NCBI GenBank assembly: GCA_963747385.1 | Contig: CAVVEY010000006.1 | Coordinates: forward strand, 88,118 to 152,117 | Origin: an uncultured bacterium | GTDB taxonomy: Bacteria > Krumholzibacteriota > Krumholzibacteriia > Krumholzibacteriales > Krumholzibacteriaceae | Direction of reading: 5' to 3' | DNA length: 64,000 bases | Shown: positions 1-11,289 of the stretch, piece by piece | Position numbering within the stretch: position 1 is the first letter of the stretch | How the letters are laid out: the number at the start of each line of letters is the position of its first letter | The notes under the pieces: model-generated | Databases searched by the model: none | Seen by the model: the letters and a program-made list of their open reading frames with translations, nothing else | What the model was told of the DNA's origin: nothing | Translations under genes and position numbers: made by a program

Positions 1-46
1 ATTCCGGGCTCCCCGAGTCGCTCGCGGAAAGGTTGGCGACGGCGCG

Positions 47-1864
47 ATGAACGGAAGAAGCGCGAAAAAGTACGAGATCTGCAATACGCTGGCGACCGGC
101 GGAACGGCCGTGCTCTACAAGGCGATCCAGACCTCGCTCGACCGGCCCGTCGTCATCAAGAAGCTCCATTCGCATCTCATTTCGGATCCGAACTTCACGC
201 GCCGGTTCGAGCTCGAGGCGAAGGCCGTCGCGAGCCTCGACCACGAGAATATCGTGCGCATCATCGATTTCGGATCCGCCGAGGGAAATTACTTCATCGT
301 CATGGAATATATCGACGGGCCGTGTTTCAAGGACGTGCTCTCGTCGCGGCGCGTCATCTCCGAGGATCTCATGCTGCTCGTCGCCCGCGAGATCTGTCTG
401 GGGCTCGACCACGCGCACCAGCGCGGCATCATCCACCGGGACATCAAGCCCGCCAATATCATGATCACGCTGGAAGGGCAGGTGAAGATCACCGACTTCG
501 GTCTCGCGAAGCTTCACCAGAGCCAGACGCAGCAGACGGTCGCCTCCACGCTCCTCGGCACGCCCCTCTACATGTCCCCCGAGCAGGCGATCGGGGATTC
601 GATCGACGGAAGAAGCGATCTCTTCTCCCTCGGAACGATCTGCTACGAAGCTATCACGGGAACGCAGCCCTTCCTCGGCGACAACTACGCCGCGGTCATA
701 CAGAATATCATCAACGGCGGCATCAGCGCGCCTTCGCGAATACGGAAGGATATCAGCCCCGGCGCGGAGGAGCTCGTCATGAAGGCGCTCCACCGGGAAC
801 CGGGAAAGCGCTTCAGGAACGCCCTTGAAATGGCGCGCGCGATCGAATCGCTTCTCGGGCAGGAAAGGATCGCCTCGGCCCGCGACCGGCTCAGAAGGCT
901 CGCCGCCGGCGAGGACGATCTCGCTGCCCGCACGCGGCGTCCGGCCCGGAAAAGTCCACGGAAAAAACGTCTGCTTTCCCTCGGCATCGCGGCGGCGTGC
1001 ATAGCCTCCGCGGCCGTCGTCGTCTCGCTGAACCCGAACGGCGTCCGGAATATCGTCGACGCCTTCAGGGTAATCCGCGGATCCGATCCGGCGCCTCCCC
1101 CGGCGAATCCTATCCTCGCCGGCCAGGGTGAAGAGCTCCCCGGCGTCTCGATGGCCGCGCTCGCGGAACCGACCCCCGCCGAACCGGCCGCCCCCGATAC
1201 CGCGGGCGCCGCGTCCGAGGCGCCCCGCGATTCGGGACGCGTCCTCGAGAACAGCACGGGGCGTTTCTCGCTCTCGAACGCCGAAGAGACGAGAAAGGCC
1301 GAGATGGAAAAGGCCAAACTGATGCAGCCGCTGCCGCCGATCGAAAAGGCCGCCGGGCCGCCTGAAAAGCCCGTTATCGAGAAAAGCGACGCGCCGCCGG
1401 CGGCGAGCGCCCGGATCGAGGCGCCGGCGACGGGATTCATCGATATCGACGTCGAGCCCGCGGCGGAAATACTCGTCGACGGACGGCGACGCGCCGTCGG
1501 CGGCCGTCTCGCGATGCTCGAGCTTCCCGCGGGGACGCACGAGATCGCCTGCAGGAGCGAGGGGTGCCGCGATTATCTCGAAACGGTGCAGGTCAAGCGG
1601 GGAGAGCTCTCGAGAAGGACGATCACGCTCGAGAAGCTCACCGGAATGCTCTCCATAGAAACGGCCGCCGGCGCCCAGATCTTCGTCGACGGTGCGTTCA
1701 AGGGAACGGTCCCGCTCGGCTCCCCCCTCGACGTTCCGGCGGGGACGCACCGCGTCGAGCTCAGGAAAGCCGGGTTCCAGACCTGGGCAAGCCCGGTGTA
1801 CGTCCCCCAGGACGAAACCGTGCGCCTCGCGATCAGTCTCGTCCCGGTATCAACCTCCGAGTAG
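47..1864 (+). CDS. Ser/Thr protein kinase with C-terminal PEGA-type domains
   Basis: 605-aa ORF. Hanks kinase motifs are readable ([33 protein letters not shown]). A Pro/Ala-rich linker carries one TM-like segment ([19 protein letters not shown]). Two C-terminal repeats have the VDG...PAGTH pattern typical of PEGA domains. Confidence 0.85.
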   Translation: MNGRSAKKYEICNTLATGGTAVLYKAIQTSLDRPVVIKKLHSHLISDPNFTRRFELEAKAVASLDHENIVRIIDFGSAEGNYFIVMEYIDGPCFKDVLSSRRVISEDLMLLVAREICLGLDHAHQRGIIHRDIKPANIMITLEGQVKITDFGLAKLHQSQTQQTVASTLLGTPLYMSPEQAIGDSIDGRSDLFSLGTICYEAITGTQPFLGDNYAAVIQNIINGGISAPSRIRKDISPGAEELVMKALHREPGKRFRNALEMARAIESLLGQERIASARDRLRRLAAGEDDLAARTRRPARKSPRKKRLLSLGIAAACIASAAVVVSLNPNGVRNIVDAFRVIRGSDPAPPPANPILAGQGEELPGVSMAALAEPTPAEPAAPDTAGAASEAPRDSGRVLENSTGRFSLSNAEETRKAEMEKAKLMQPLPPIEKAAGPPEKPVIEKSDAPPAASARIEAPATGFIDIDVEPAAEILVDGRRRAVGGRLAMLELPAGTHEIACRSEGCRDYLETVQVKRGELSRRTITLEKLTGMLSIETAAGAQIFVDGAFKGTVPLGSPLDVPAGTHRVELRKAGFQTWASPVYVPQDETVRLAISLVPVSTSE

Positions 1865-2956
1865 CTCCGCCGCCGCGGCGACCACCTCGTCGACGCTCAC
1901 CGATTCGACGCTCCCGTCTTTCCCCCGCACCGCGACCACCGTTTCGTTGACCGGCTTCCATCGCGCAGGATCGGTCGGCCCGAAGACGGCGACGCATCTC
2001 GCGCCGACCGCGCCCGCGATATGCATGATGCCCGTATCGTTGCAGAGGGTGAGCACGGATCGCTTCATGAGGGCGCCGAGAAACCCCACCGAAGGACACG
2101 GAAGAACGAACGGACGATCGACGCACGCTTCGAGAAACGCTTCGAGCGCCGCCGCGTCGGCGGGCCCCCCCGTCGCGACGGCCCCGGAGTCGAAGCGGTC
2201 GCGGAGAACTCTCACCGCTTCCGCGTACTTTTCCCCCGGCCACACGTTCCGCGCCTTTCCCGCTCCCGGGTGAACGACGATGAACCTCCCCCCCGTTCCG
2301 AACGAGGCGGCGATAAAACGCTCGCAGTCCCGTTCATCCTCCGCCGACGGAACGAACACGGAGGTCAGATCCGCCGCGCGCACGCCGATCGCCGAAAGAG
2401 GGTAGAGGTTGTGCGCGCTCTCGTGCATCGCGGCGAGCTCCTCTCTCGGGGGCAGCGGCAGCTCGAGATGGTAGAAGCGGGACGCGAGATCGTGGCCGAA
2501 CGGCTCGCTGGTGGAACCTATCCGCAGCCGCGCGCCGCTCGCGACGGCCAGCAGCATGCTCGTCACCGAAAAGGAAACGGTATTGAGAACGATAGCCGCG
2601 TCGAAGCGCCGTCTTCTGATATCCGCGACGAACCGCGCGAGATCGAGGGCGCTTCGAAGACCCTTCTTCCGGGGCAGAACGAGCACTTCGTCGACGTACG
2701 GGTTGCGCCTCATGCACGCGGCGTTGATCGGCGAAGCCAGGAGCGTTATCCTCGCGTCGCCGAAGCGCGTCCTGAGCCCCCGGAACGCGGGAACGGCGAG
2801 GAGCATATCCCCCATCTGGTGATGCTGTCTGATGACGAGGAGCCGCGACACGCCGAGACGGCCGAGCTCCCCGGCGGTTATGCGCCGCCTCGAGAGAAAC
2901 AGCGAGATAAATCGGGCGAGCGCCAGCTTGCACGTTCTCTCGATTTTCTTTATCAC
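1850..2956 (-). CDS. glycosyltransferase family 9 (heptosyltransferase-like)
   Basis: 368-aa ORF. The N-terminal LLVIRQHHQMGDMLLAVPAFRGLR and C-terminal CNDTGIMHIAGAVGARCVAVFGPTDP motifs are typical of ADP-heptose:LPS heptosyltransferases. It overlaps the kinase gene convergently by 15 nt. Confidence 0.7.
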   Translation of the reverse strand: MIKKIERTCKLALARFISLFLSRRRITAGELGRLGVSRLLVIRQHHQMGDMLLAVPAFRGLRTRFGDARITLLASPINAACMRRNPYVDEVLVLPRKKGLRSALDLARFVADIRRRRFDAAIVLNTVSFSVTSMLLAVASGARLRIGSTSEPFGHDLASRFYHLELPLPPREELAAMHESAHNLYPLSAIGVRAADLTSVFVPSAEDERDCERFIAASFGTGGRFIVVHPGAGKARNVWPGEKYAEAVRVLRDRFDSGAVATGGPADAAALEAFLEACVDRPFVLPCPSVGFLGALMKRSVLTLCNDTGIMHIAGAVGARCVAVFGPTDPARWKPVNETVVAVRGKDGSVESVSVDEVVAAAAELLGG

Positions 2957-3064
2957 CGATTCCCCCCAAAAAAAATGAAGAAGCGCCGGAACTTTTTCCG
3001 GCCCGACGCGTATCAGTAATCAGAGAGCGGGTGTTTTACCCCCATCCCACAATCCCTTCTTGCG

Positions 3065-3094
3065 GATGGCGGCCTCCCCCAAAGGGCCGCCATC
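3065..3094 (-). terminator. 10-bp GC hairpin just downstream of the corrected rsgA stop
   Basis: GATGGCGGCC (3065-3074) pairs with GGCCGCCATC (3085-3094) around a 10-nt loop. There is no U-tract on the minus strand, so terminator function is uncertain. Confidence 0.3.
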
Positions 3095-3136
3095 ATCTTT
3101 TGCGTCCCGCACAACTCCGCACGAGCGCCCCCCGGC

Positions 3137-4106
3137 TCAACCCGGCCGCTTCATGCCCCGCTCGTCCGGTACGGTCTCGAGAATTCTGAGATAGCTCTCG
3201 TACCGCTCGCGGGAAACGCTCCCCCTTCTCGACCGCGTCCTTCACGGCGCAATCGGGCTCGTGGCTGTGCGTGCAGCTCGCGAATCTGCACTCCGCGCGG
3301 AAGGGGGCGAAATCCCGGAAAAAGCCGGCGAGCTTCTCTTTCGACACTCCCCAGATGCCGAACTCCCTGACTCCCGGAGTGTCGCCGAGGTATCCGCCCC
3401 GCGCGAGGGGATGAATTTCGAAATGGCTCGTCGTATGCGTCCCCTTTCCCGTCCGGGCGCTCACGCTTCCCACGGCGAGCTCGAGACCGGGCTGCATGCG
3501 CGAAATGAGCGAGCTTTTCCCGCTCCCCGAGGGTCCCGCGAATATCGAGAGCTTTCCCGCGAGCATCCGCGCCAGTTCTTCGACTCCCTCTCCCGTGCGA
3601 GCGCTCGAGCAGACACAGCGATATCCCATCGTCCGGTAAGGAGCGAGCGACGCATCGGTACCCGCGCGGGAATCGCCAAGATCCATCTTATTGACGCATA
3701 TGACCGCATCCATCGGGCCGCACGCCGCGGAGACGAGCATGCGGTCCAGGAGGCGCAGGTTCAGATCCGGCTCCTTCACCGCGAAGACGAGGATCGCCTG
3801 ATCCATATTCGCTCCGAGGATCCGGTAGCCTTTTCTCTGGGAAGGATCGGTTCGCGCCAGGATCGATCTCCGGGCTCCGAGCTCGACGATGACGCCCTGG
3901 GCCCCCCCCGCGCCTCCACCTTGCCCGAGACCGACCGTGACCGTGTCTCCGACGACGGGAAGCACTTCTTCGGGCGTGTCCCCGAGGCGAAACCGCCCGC
4001 GGAGAGAGCATCGAATTTCCCCGACGCCGCTTTCGACGAAGAAAGCGCCGCCTTTGATCCGTATGACGAGCCCCCGAGTAGTTTCCATCGTCTCCGCGGC
4101 AGGCAA
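3137..4106 (-). CDS. rsgA: ribosome small-subunit-dependent GTPase A (RsgA/YjeQ), C-terminus frameshifted in this assembly
   Basis: OB-fold N-terminus, circularly permuted GTPase motifs (NKMDL, GPSGSGKSSLI, DTPG) and a Cys-rich zinc knuckle (CRFASCTHSHEPDCAV). After EKG the track ORF runs on to 3093 as nonsense. Skipping one base of the C5 run at 3221-3225 gives the canonical tail SVSRERYESYLRILETVPDERGMKRPG, with a stop at 3137-3139. Confidence 0.85.
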
Positions 4107-4176
4107 ATTCCCTGATTCAACGGGCGAAAAACAGGCGTGCCCGAGAGTAGCAAGAAATTATTACCCAAAAAAGGTG

Positions 4177-4193
4177 AAATTGTTATACAATTT
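4177..4193. promoter_or_regulatory. 17-bp palindrome AAATTGT-TAT-ACAATTT in the rsgA/ptsN divergent intergenic region
   Basis: 7-bp perfect arms with a 3-nt spacer, about 20 nt upstream of the ptsN start in an AT-rich patch. Possible operator. No cognate factor identified. Confidence 0.3.
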
Positions 4194-4213
4194 TCGAGGG
4201 AGCATGCTATATT

Positions 4214-4690
4214 ATGAAAAGTATGGAAGCGAGCAAGCTGATTTCGTTCTTCGAAGAAGATCTTTGCATATTTCATCTCCGGTCGCGCAAGAAGATGAGC
4301 GTGCTCACGGAGATCGTGCATCATCTCGCGGTCAACAACAAGATCTCGGACGAGCACTTCATCATCGAGATGCTGAAGAACCGGGAAAGCCTCGGCAGCA
4401 CGGGGCTCGGGAACGGCGTCGCCTTCCCGCACGGGCGATCGCTCGCCATCAAGGAGCTCTCCGTTCTCTTCGCCCGCTCGGCGTCCGGAATGGATTTCGA
4501 CGCGCTCGACGGAAAGCCGACGAAAGTCTTTTTCCTTATTCTCGCGCCATCCGATAAGGGCTCCGAAACCTACCTCGCGATCCTGAGCGAGCTCATCGGC
4601 CTGATTCAGAAACCTGCGAAGCTCAAGAGCCTCTACGAGGTCGCCGACTTTCAATCGCTCGTGAAGATTCTGGAGGATAAGGATCTGTGA
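4214..4690 (+). CDS. ptsN: PTS IIA-type nitrogen regulatory protein (EIIA-Ntr)
   Basis: 158-aa ORF with the PTS_EIIA_2 pattern, including LGSTGLGNGVAFPHGRS (phosphorylatable His context). Confidence 0.8.
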   Translation: MKSMEASKLISFFEEDLCIFHLRSRKKMSVLTEIVHHLAVNNKISDEHFIIEMLKNRESLGSTGLGNGVAFPHGRSLAIKELSVLFARSASGMDFDALDGKPTKVFFLILAPSDKGSETYLAILSELIGLIQKPAKLKSLYEVADFQSLVKILEDKDL

Positions 4691-5031
4691 GAGACGAGCA
4701 TCGGATCCTCATCGCCCTTCAAGACCTCGATATCATGATCAAAGAGGTCAAGGACAAAGCTACCTCCAAGGAGCTGCAGAACCTCGGTTTCAAGCTCACC
4801 GGCATGAGCGAGCTCCAGGAGGCGAGGGAGAAGCTCGTGAAGAAGGCGCCGAAAGGACTCCTCCAGCGCTACGAAAAGCTCACCAAGCACTTCACCGTGG
4901 CGATCCTCCCCGTCACGGGAAGCCTCTGCCTCGGGTGTTTCGTCAAGCTCCCCACCTCGTTTTTCTCCGCGGTGAGCAAGAGCGAGCTCCAGACGTGCGA
5001 GAATTGCGGAAGACTGCTCTACATCCCTTGA
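4687..5031 (+). CDS. C4-type zinc-ribbon / coiled-coil protein (short COG1579-like)
   Basis: 114-aa ORF. Its GTG start overlaps the ptsN stop (GTGA). The C-terminus reads CLGC...(x22)...CENCGRLLY. Confidence 0.6.
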   Translation: MRDEHRILIALQDLDIMIKEVKDKATSKELQNLGFKLTGMSELQEAREKLVKKAPKGLLQRYEKLTKHFTVAILPVTGSLCLGCFVKLPTSFFSAVSKSELQTCENCGRLLYIP

Positions 5032-5060
5032 AGGTGCCGTGCCATAGCGTTCTTGGCGCG

Positions 5061-5095
5061 GTTCCATTCCCGAGTTTCATTCCCGTTTCATTCCC
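5061..5095. repeat. three tandem copies of an 11-mer GTTYCATTCCC
   Basis: gttccattccc (5061-5071), gtttcattccc (5074-5084), gtttcattccc (5085-5095). They lie immediately upstream of a putative -35 for the large regulator gene. Confidence 0.6.
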
Positions 5096-5104
5096 AAGTT
5101 TCTC

Positions 5105-5133
5105 TTGATAATTTCGCCATCTTGATGTAAAGT
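5105..5133 (+). promoter_or_regulatory. putative sigma-70 promoter (TTGATA-17-TAAAGT)
   Basis: -35 at 5105-5110, 17-nt spacer, -10 at 5128-5133, about 40 nt upstream of the ATG at 5175. Confidence 0.35.
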
Positions 5134-5174
5134 ATTTTAACCAGGCAAGAAACTTAACAAATACAAGGGTTTTC

Positions 5175-5867
5175 ATGTACGGCGAGAAAGCAAAGGATGC
5201 GCTCAGCGCCAGATATTCCGTCAGGAAAACGCTCGGAGAATATCCTCCCTGGCACGGATACGGTGTCGCCGATTCGTTGAGCGAACGGGAGTATCTCCTC
5301 TTCTCCTTCGATGCGCCTTCGGGCGTCTCCCTGTCGATCGAAGATCTGAGAATGCGGGATTATCTCTTCTCCCGTTCCGGGAAGCTCGCGCCGGCGGTCG
5401 TCTCGCTCCAGCAGGCGGACGGTTCGATCACGTTCCTTCTCCCTCGCGCGGATATCGTGCCCCTGGCCGACGCGCTTCCGGGGATGAAACCGGCCGCGGT
5501 CGCCGAAATCATGCGCACGATCATATCCTACGTCCTCGCGCGCTTCGGGGAAGGACTCTGTTTCTGCAATCTCAATCCCGAATCGTTCTATATGGCGAAC
5601 GACGAGCCGGGCATACTCCCCGTCGCATACCTTCTTCCGGGTGATTGCCTGCGCCGCATGCCGGAGGGCGCTTCCGGTCCCGCCGGCGCTCCGGACGCGC
5701 CTTTCGGGGATCTTCGCTCTCTGGGAAAAGCGCTCTCGATCTTCGCCCCTTGCCTCGATCGCGAAACCGCCGGAAGGATCGAACGCCTCGCGGTGCGGCT
5801 TCAGTCGCTCGCCCCGGATACGACCGCAGCCGAGATCCGCTCCGTGCTCGACGAGCTCGCCGGATGA
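5175..5867 (+). CDS. fragment: N-terminal protein-kinase-like domain with degenerate catalytic loop
   Basis: 230-aa ORF. It has kinase-like spacing, but the catalytic-loop position reads FCNLNPESF instead of HRDLKPxN, and there is no obvious VAIK lysine or DFG. Confidence 0.5.
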   Translation: MYGEKAKDALSARYSVRKTLGEYPPWHGYGVADSLSEREYLLFSFDAPSGVSLSIEDLRMRDYLFSRSGKLAPAVVSLQQADGSITFLLPRADIVPLADALPGMKPAAVAEIMRTIISYVLARFGEGLCFCNLNPESFYMANDEPGILPVAYLLPGDCLRRMPEGASGPAGAPDAPFGDLRSLGKALSIFAPCLDRETAGRIERLAVRLQSLAPDTTAAEIRSVLDELAG

Positions 5868-6598
5868 CTCGGGAGAACCGCTCCCGAACGGGCACTTCTT
5901 CCCGGCGAGATCTTTCGGGGCGGCCCCGCCGTCCGCCCCCGTGCGCGCGATGAAGCACGCGGCCCTCAGGGCGCGCGAGGGGGAAAAGCAGCTCGTGATC
6001 GTCACCGGCGCGCGCGGCGGCGGGAAAACGCACTTCCTGGAATTCGTCGCGGATCGCCTCGCGAGCGAATGGGGTTTCCGGCACGGGCGTATCGCGGGGG
6101 ACCTGGCCCTCTACCAGGATCCGGCCGAGCGGGAGACGGGCGATCGGGACGATTTTCTCATCGTCGACGATCATGCGGATGAACCGCTGCTCGCGTGCCA
6201 CGTCGTCGAGTACGTGTGCCAGGCGCTCGAGCGCTGCAATCTCGCCGTGATCTCGCTCAACGAGGACGCGCCGCTCCTTGCGCGGCACGTCAGGGAAGAA
6301 GCGGCCAAACGTGCGATCGAGGTCAGGGAGATCAAGCTCCCCGCCCCGGGCCAAGGCCGGAACGGCCGGGGAAGCGGCACGCCCGCCCCGCGTTTCCTCG
6401 ACGCCCTCTCCGGCGAGGAACGATCGGTTCTCGGATTTCTCGCCGTATTCGGATTCGAAGTCCCGCTCTCGTTCCTGCTCGGGATTTTCGCGCCGGAGGA
6501 GAACGGCATTTACGCGGCGCTGCAGAATCTCGTCGCGCGCGGTCTCGTGAAATCGCGCGCCGAGACTTCGAGCCTCTCCGGCGACGACCATCGCGATC
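5866..6598 (+). CDS. fragment: P-loop NTPase (AAA_16/STAND-like)
   Basis: Frame 1 of ORF 5641..6807. Walker A is LVIVTGARGGGKTHFLEFV and Walker B-like is FLIVDDHADE. Confidence 0.55.
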
Positions 6599-6894
6599 GT
6601 GTACTCGCCGGCGAGCGGCTCGGCGGCGCGGGAGGTCCTTCGAAGCCTGCCGGCGGAAAGGAAAGGAATCGATCCACAGGAGCATCGCGCGCCTCCTCGC
6701 GGAGAAGCGCAACGCCCCTTCGCTCTATACCTTCTTCCATCTCGTCCGGAGCGGCGCGCGAGAGGAGGCCGCGCTCAAGGGCCTCGAGATACTCCGATCC
6801 TTCATGAAACGGAAGAAGCTCGCCGCGTTCAGTTGCTTCAACGCGAGCTACATGGAGCGAGAAGCTCGACCGGGCGCTTCCCGTCGACACGCGG

Positions 6895-8090
6895 TATCAA
6901 CCTCTACCTCGAGCTCGGCAACCACTTCTCGCTGACCGGAAACATGGAACGGGCGGAATGCTTGTTCCACCAGTGCCGCGAAGAAATCGCCCGCGAGGAA
7001 GAACCTTCGCGCTTCCGGAAGCTCGCGGTCGAGGCGACGAGGCGCGAGAGCGAGATTCTCGAGAAGAGGGGGGAATTCCTCAAGGCGGAGAAGCTCCTCG
7101 AAAAGGCGCTCGACACTCACGGGGAACAGCTCCTTTCGAGCGAGCGCGCCAAGCTCTACAACGACATCGCCTGGATCCACTATCGGCTCGGGGCGTTCGA
7201 CCGTTCGTGGGAGCACTGCCTCGTCGTGCACAAGCTGCTCGACGAGAAGCAGAATCCGGTCGAGATCGCGCAGGCCTACAACCTCATGGGCACGATCAAC
7301 TGGAACCGGAGCCGGTACGACGACGCGATACTCTGCTACAAGCGCTGTCTCGCGCTTCGCGAGGAGTGCAACGACGAAATCGGCATCGCTTCGAACTACA
7401 ACAATCTCGGTCTCGTGTACCGCTCCCTCGGCATGGTCGCCGAAGCGCTCGAATGCTTCACGAAGAGCATGGAAATCAAGAAGCGGCACGAGAATCTCCC
7501 CGGGCTCGCCGCCGCGCACCTCAACATGGCCCTCGTGTACCTCGACCTCGAGCAGACCAAGGACGCCGAACGGAGCTGCATCACCGCCCTGCGCCTCGCG
7601 GAGGAGATCGGGAACCAGCAGCTCCTCGCCGAATCGTACGGCACGATGGGCGAGATATGGTTTCTCCAGGGCAATTACGAGAAAGCGCAGAGCTGCTTCG
7701 CGAAGGATCTGCACCTTTGCGACAAGACGAAATCGCTCAGGGAACGAGCCGTCGTGTACCGGAAGCTCGGCGATCTCAACTTCGCGCTCGGCAAGCTCCC
7801 CGAGACGAAGGAGCTTCTCGCCCAGGCTCGATCCCTCAACCAGAAAATCGGTTCCCGTCTCGAAACGGCGCTTCTCAACCTGCTCGAGGGGAAGATACTT
7901 CTCGCCGAAGGGAAGCGCGAGGACGGCCGTTACAAGCTCGAAGGGGCAAGCCTCGAGCTGTCGCTTCTCGGGAAAAAGAACACGGCTTCCGCCGTCGCCG
8001 CCGACATCGGAAACCTCTACCTCGAAGAGGGAAACGAGCCGCTCGCCCGCGAGTATCTCCTGCGGGCGATGTCCCTCGTCGCCGGAGGAG
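6895..8090 (+). CDS. fragment: TPR repeat region
   Basis: Frame 2 of ORF 6599..8278. It contains many 34-aa TPR-like units (AKLYNDIAWIHYRLGAFDRSWEHC, AQAYNLMGTINWNRSRYDDAILCYKRCL, ASNYNNLGLVYRSLGMVAEALECFTKSM, and others). Confidence 0.7.
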
Positions 8091-8470
8091 AGCAGGCCCC
8101 TCGGCAGGCTCGGCTCTCTTCAGGACGCGCTCGACGCGCGATCTCCCCTCGCCCGCGACCAGATCGTCGAACGACTCGGACCGCTTTCGAGCGCTTTGCA
8201 GGCTCGCCTCCCTCATGCGGACGGCTCGCGATCAGGAAACGCTTCGGTCGACGATCGTCGAGACGGCCCGGCGGATAACCGCGATGGATCGCGCGGCGTT
8301 TCTCACGAAAGCCGAAGGCCACGACTCGTTCCGCATCGCGGCCTCGAGCGGCGGCTTCACGGCGGGAAGCATGCTCGCCGACCGGAACATCGGCGCCGTT
8401 CTCTCCATGACGCTCCGGCTCGGCTATCCGCTCGACGTTTCGCGCACGACGATTCCCGAGGGCAAGGTCG

Positions 8471-9510
<1,040 letters not shown>

Positions 9511-9699
9511 CGCGCGCGACGATCGAGGAAACGATCGACACCCTTCTCGAGAACGTCGAGCTTTCGACGGGGGACCCGATCCTGCCCCGGATCGAAGGGA
9601 TGATCGTGAACAAGGTCGTGGAGAAGATCGGCGATAAAACGAAGGCGGCCGCGGTCCTCGGCATATCGAAACCAACCGTCTACGCGAAGCTGAAGAAAT

Positions 9700-10820
9700 A
9701 TGGAAAGAACAAGAGCTCATAAACGCCCGCCGCTTCTCGTCCCGGCGCTCGTGGTCCTCGCCGCCCTGATCGCCGTCTATCTCCCTCGTTCGCTCGCGCA
9801 TGGCGGGGTCCGAGGGCTCGCGGAAGGCGCCCGCGCCGGGCATCGCTCTCAGTGTTTTCGTCACCAATCAGCTCGTCGGCTACCGCGAGCCATGCGGTTG
9901 AAAGAAGCACAAGCAATGCGGGATGGCCCGGTGGGCTTCCCTTGTCGAACAGAGACGAAGCGAGAGAGCGGTGCTCGTCGTCGACACGGGCGATTTTTCG
10001 CTGCCGCCGGACACGAGGCAGCGCGATCTGAAGGAACGCTATTTCTTCGAGGCGATGAAGCTCCTCGGTTACGACGCTATCGGCGTCGGCGAGTTCGAGA
10101 CACGGGCCGGGCTCGAGGGGCGCCTCGCGGCCGCCGAACGCTACGGACTCCCTCTCGTGAGCTCGAACATCTTCGATCGAACCCTGAAAAAGCCGGTGGC
10201 CACCGAATCGATCGTCAGGGATATCGGAGGCGCCCGAACGCTCTTCGGCCGCAGGGGAGCGCTGCGCGTCGGAATCTTCTCGGTCGTTCTTGCCTTCTTT
10301 TATCTACCGGGACGGCGCGAATGACCGGCACAGATACAACGTCGTCGATCCGAAACTCTCGGCGCTCGCGGCGGCGACGAATCTGCGCGCGGGGGGGTGC
10401 GATTTCGTCATCGCGGTGAGCCACCTCGGATGGCAGAAGAGCCTCGAGCTCGCCCGGGAAGTGCCGGGGATAGATCTCGTCCTGAACGGGCATCGCGAGC
10501 ACCCGAGAACGCACCAGGAGCGCGTCGGCTCGACGGTCGTGGTCGATACGGGGGAAAAGGAATGGTCGTTCACCGAAGTGTCCGTCACCGTCGACGGCGA
10601 TTCGCTCGTCGTCGTCGCCTCGGACGTCTGCGGCGCGGCCCTCTCGCTGCGCGAGGATCCGCGCTTCACCGGACTTCAGAAGAGATACGCCGATGAGCTC
10701 AAACGGCCTTCCTCGAGCGCGGCGAAGAACCTGAGGCCGGTGAATCGGCGAGATTGTCGCGTGATGATAAAAAGAATGGTGGGGACTGTAGGATTTGAAC
10801 CTACGACTTCTATCGTGTGA
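9700..10820 (+). CDS. exported metallophosphoesterase / 5'-nucleotidase-like protein with degenerate metal motifs, an in-frame UGA at 9899-9901, and 2-3 frameshifts in the assembly
   Basis: N-terminal signal/TM segment (KRPPLLVPALVVLAALIAVYL, frame 1). Frame 2 begins at about 9805: GIALSVFVTNQLVGYREPCG-TGA-KKHKQCGMARWASLVEQRR...VLVVDTGDFS...AIGVGEFE. Frame 3 begins at about 10300: FIYRDG...VSHLGW...DLVLNGHREH. The 3' end is uncertain because the open frame runs into the antisense tRNA-Val. Confidence 0.6.
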
Positions 10821-10851
10821 GGATAGCACTCTACCGCTGAGTTAAGCCCCC
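10777..10851 (-). tRNA. tRNA-Val (anticodon CAC)
   Basis: Manual cloverleaf: acceptor GGGGGCT/AGTCCCC, D stem ACTC/GAGT, anticodon stem CTATC/GATAG with loop CT-CAC-AC, T arm GTAGG-TTCAAAT-CCTAC, discriminator A, encoded CCA. Confidence 0.9.
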
Positions 10852-11201
10852 ACGCATATGGGATAGTATAAAACCCGGCGCCTAATTGCAAGCCCCGGCA
10901 TCGTCCGGATCGCCGGCTCGCCGGGATCCACGGGGTCTCCGGGCCCGCCGTCTCTCTCCCTCTCCTCGTTCTCCCTCATAACGGCCTTCGCCGCGTCGAG
11001 ATCGCTCTCCTTGACGAAGAGTTTCACCTGTCCGAGGCCGTCGACCGTGAACGGCAGAATACTCGGAGTCACGCCCGTTCGGACGGCCACTTCGATTCCT
11101 TCGGACTCGAGCATCCCCTTGAGAACCTGGGCCTCGAAATCCCCCTGCACCTTCGCGAGCTCGACGAGCTTCTCGTCCCGCTCCTCTTTGGAATTCTCCA
11201 T
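10842..11201 (-). CDS. DUF2007-like small protein (putative signal-transducing fold)
   Basis: 119-aa ORF. The N-terminal 70 aa (LVELAKVQGDFEAQVLKGMLESEGIEVAVR...VKLFVKESDLDAAKAVM) look like the family. The Pro/Gly-rich tail overlaps tRNA-Val by 10 nt, so the C-terminus is doubtful. Confidence 0.5.
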   Translation of the reverse strand: MENSKEERDEKLVELAKVQGDFEAQVLKGMLESEGIEVAVRTGVTPSILPFTVDGLGQVKLFVKESDLDAAKAVMRENEERERDGGPGDPVDPGEPAIRTMPGLAIRRRVLYYPICVGA

Positions 11202-11289
11202 CGTTTTCCTCCCGGCCTTATGATAATACTACCTGCTGGATGAACGGGCAAGACAATGCTGTTCGGGCCGCGAAGCGGGAAAGGCCCCG

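Noticed and set aside
5031-5075. Sigma-54 promoter-like TGGCAC on the minus strand (also TGGAAA...GCA near 49600)
   Set aside because: The -12 element is poor (CTTCA instead of TTGCA) or the GG-GC spacing is wrong (14 instead of 12). Neither points toward a downstream gene start.
10842-10851. 10-nt overlap of the DUF2007 ORF, and a 44-nt overlap of the opposite-strand 5'-nucleotidase-like ORF, with tRNA-Val
   Set aside because: These are most likely artefacts of uncertain C-termini in an error-containing assembly, not genuine gene-tRNA overlaps. I could not find a +1 correction that gives a cleaner stop, so the ends are left as in the ORF track.
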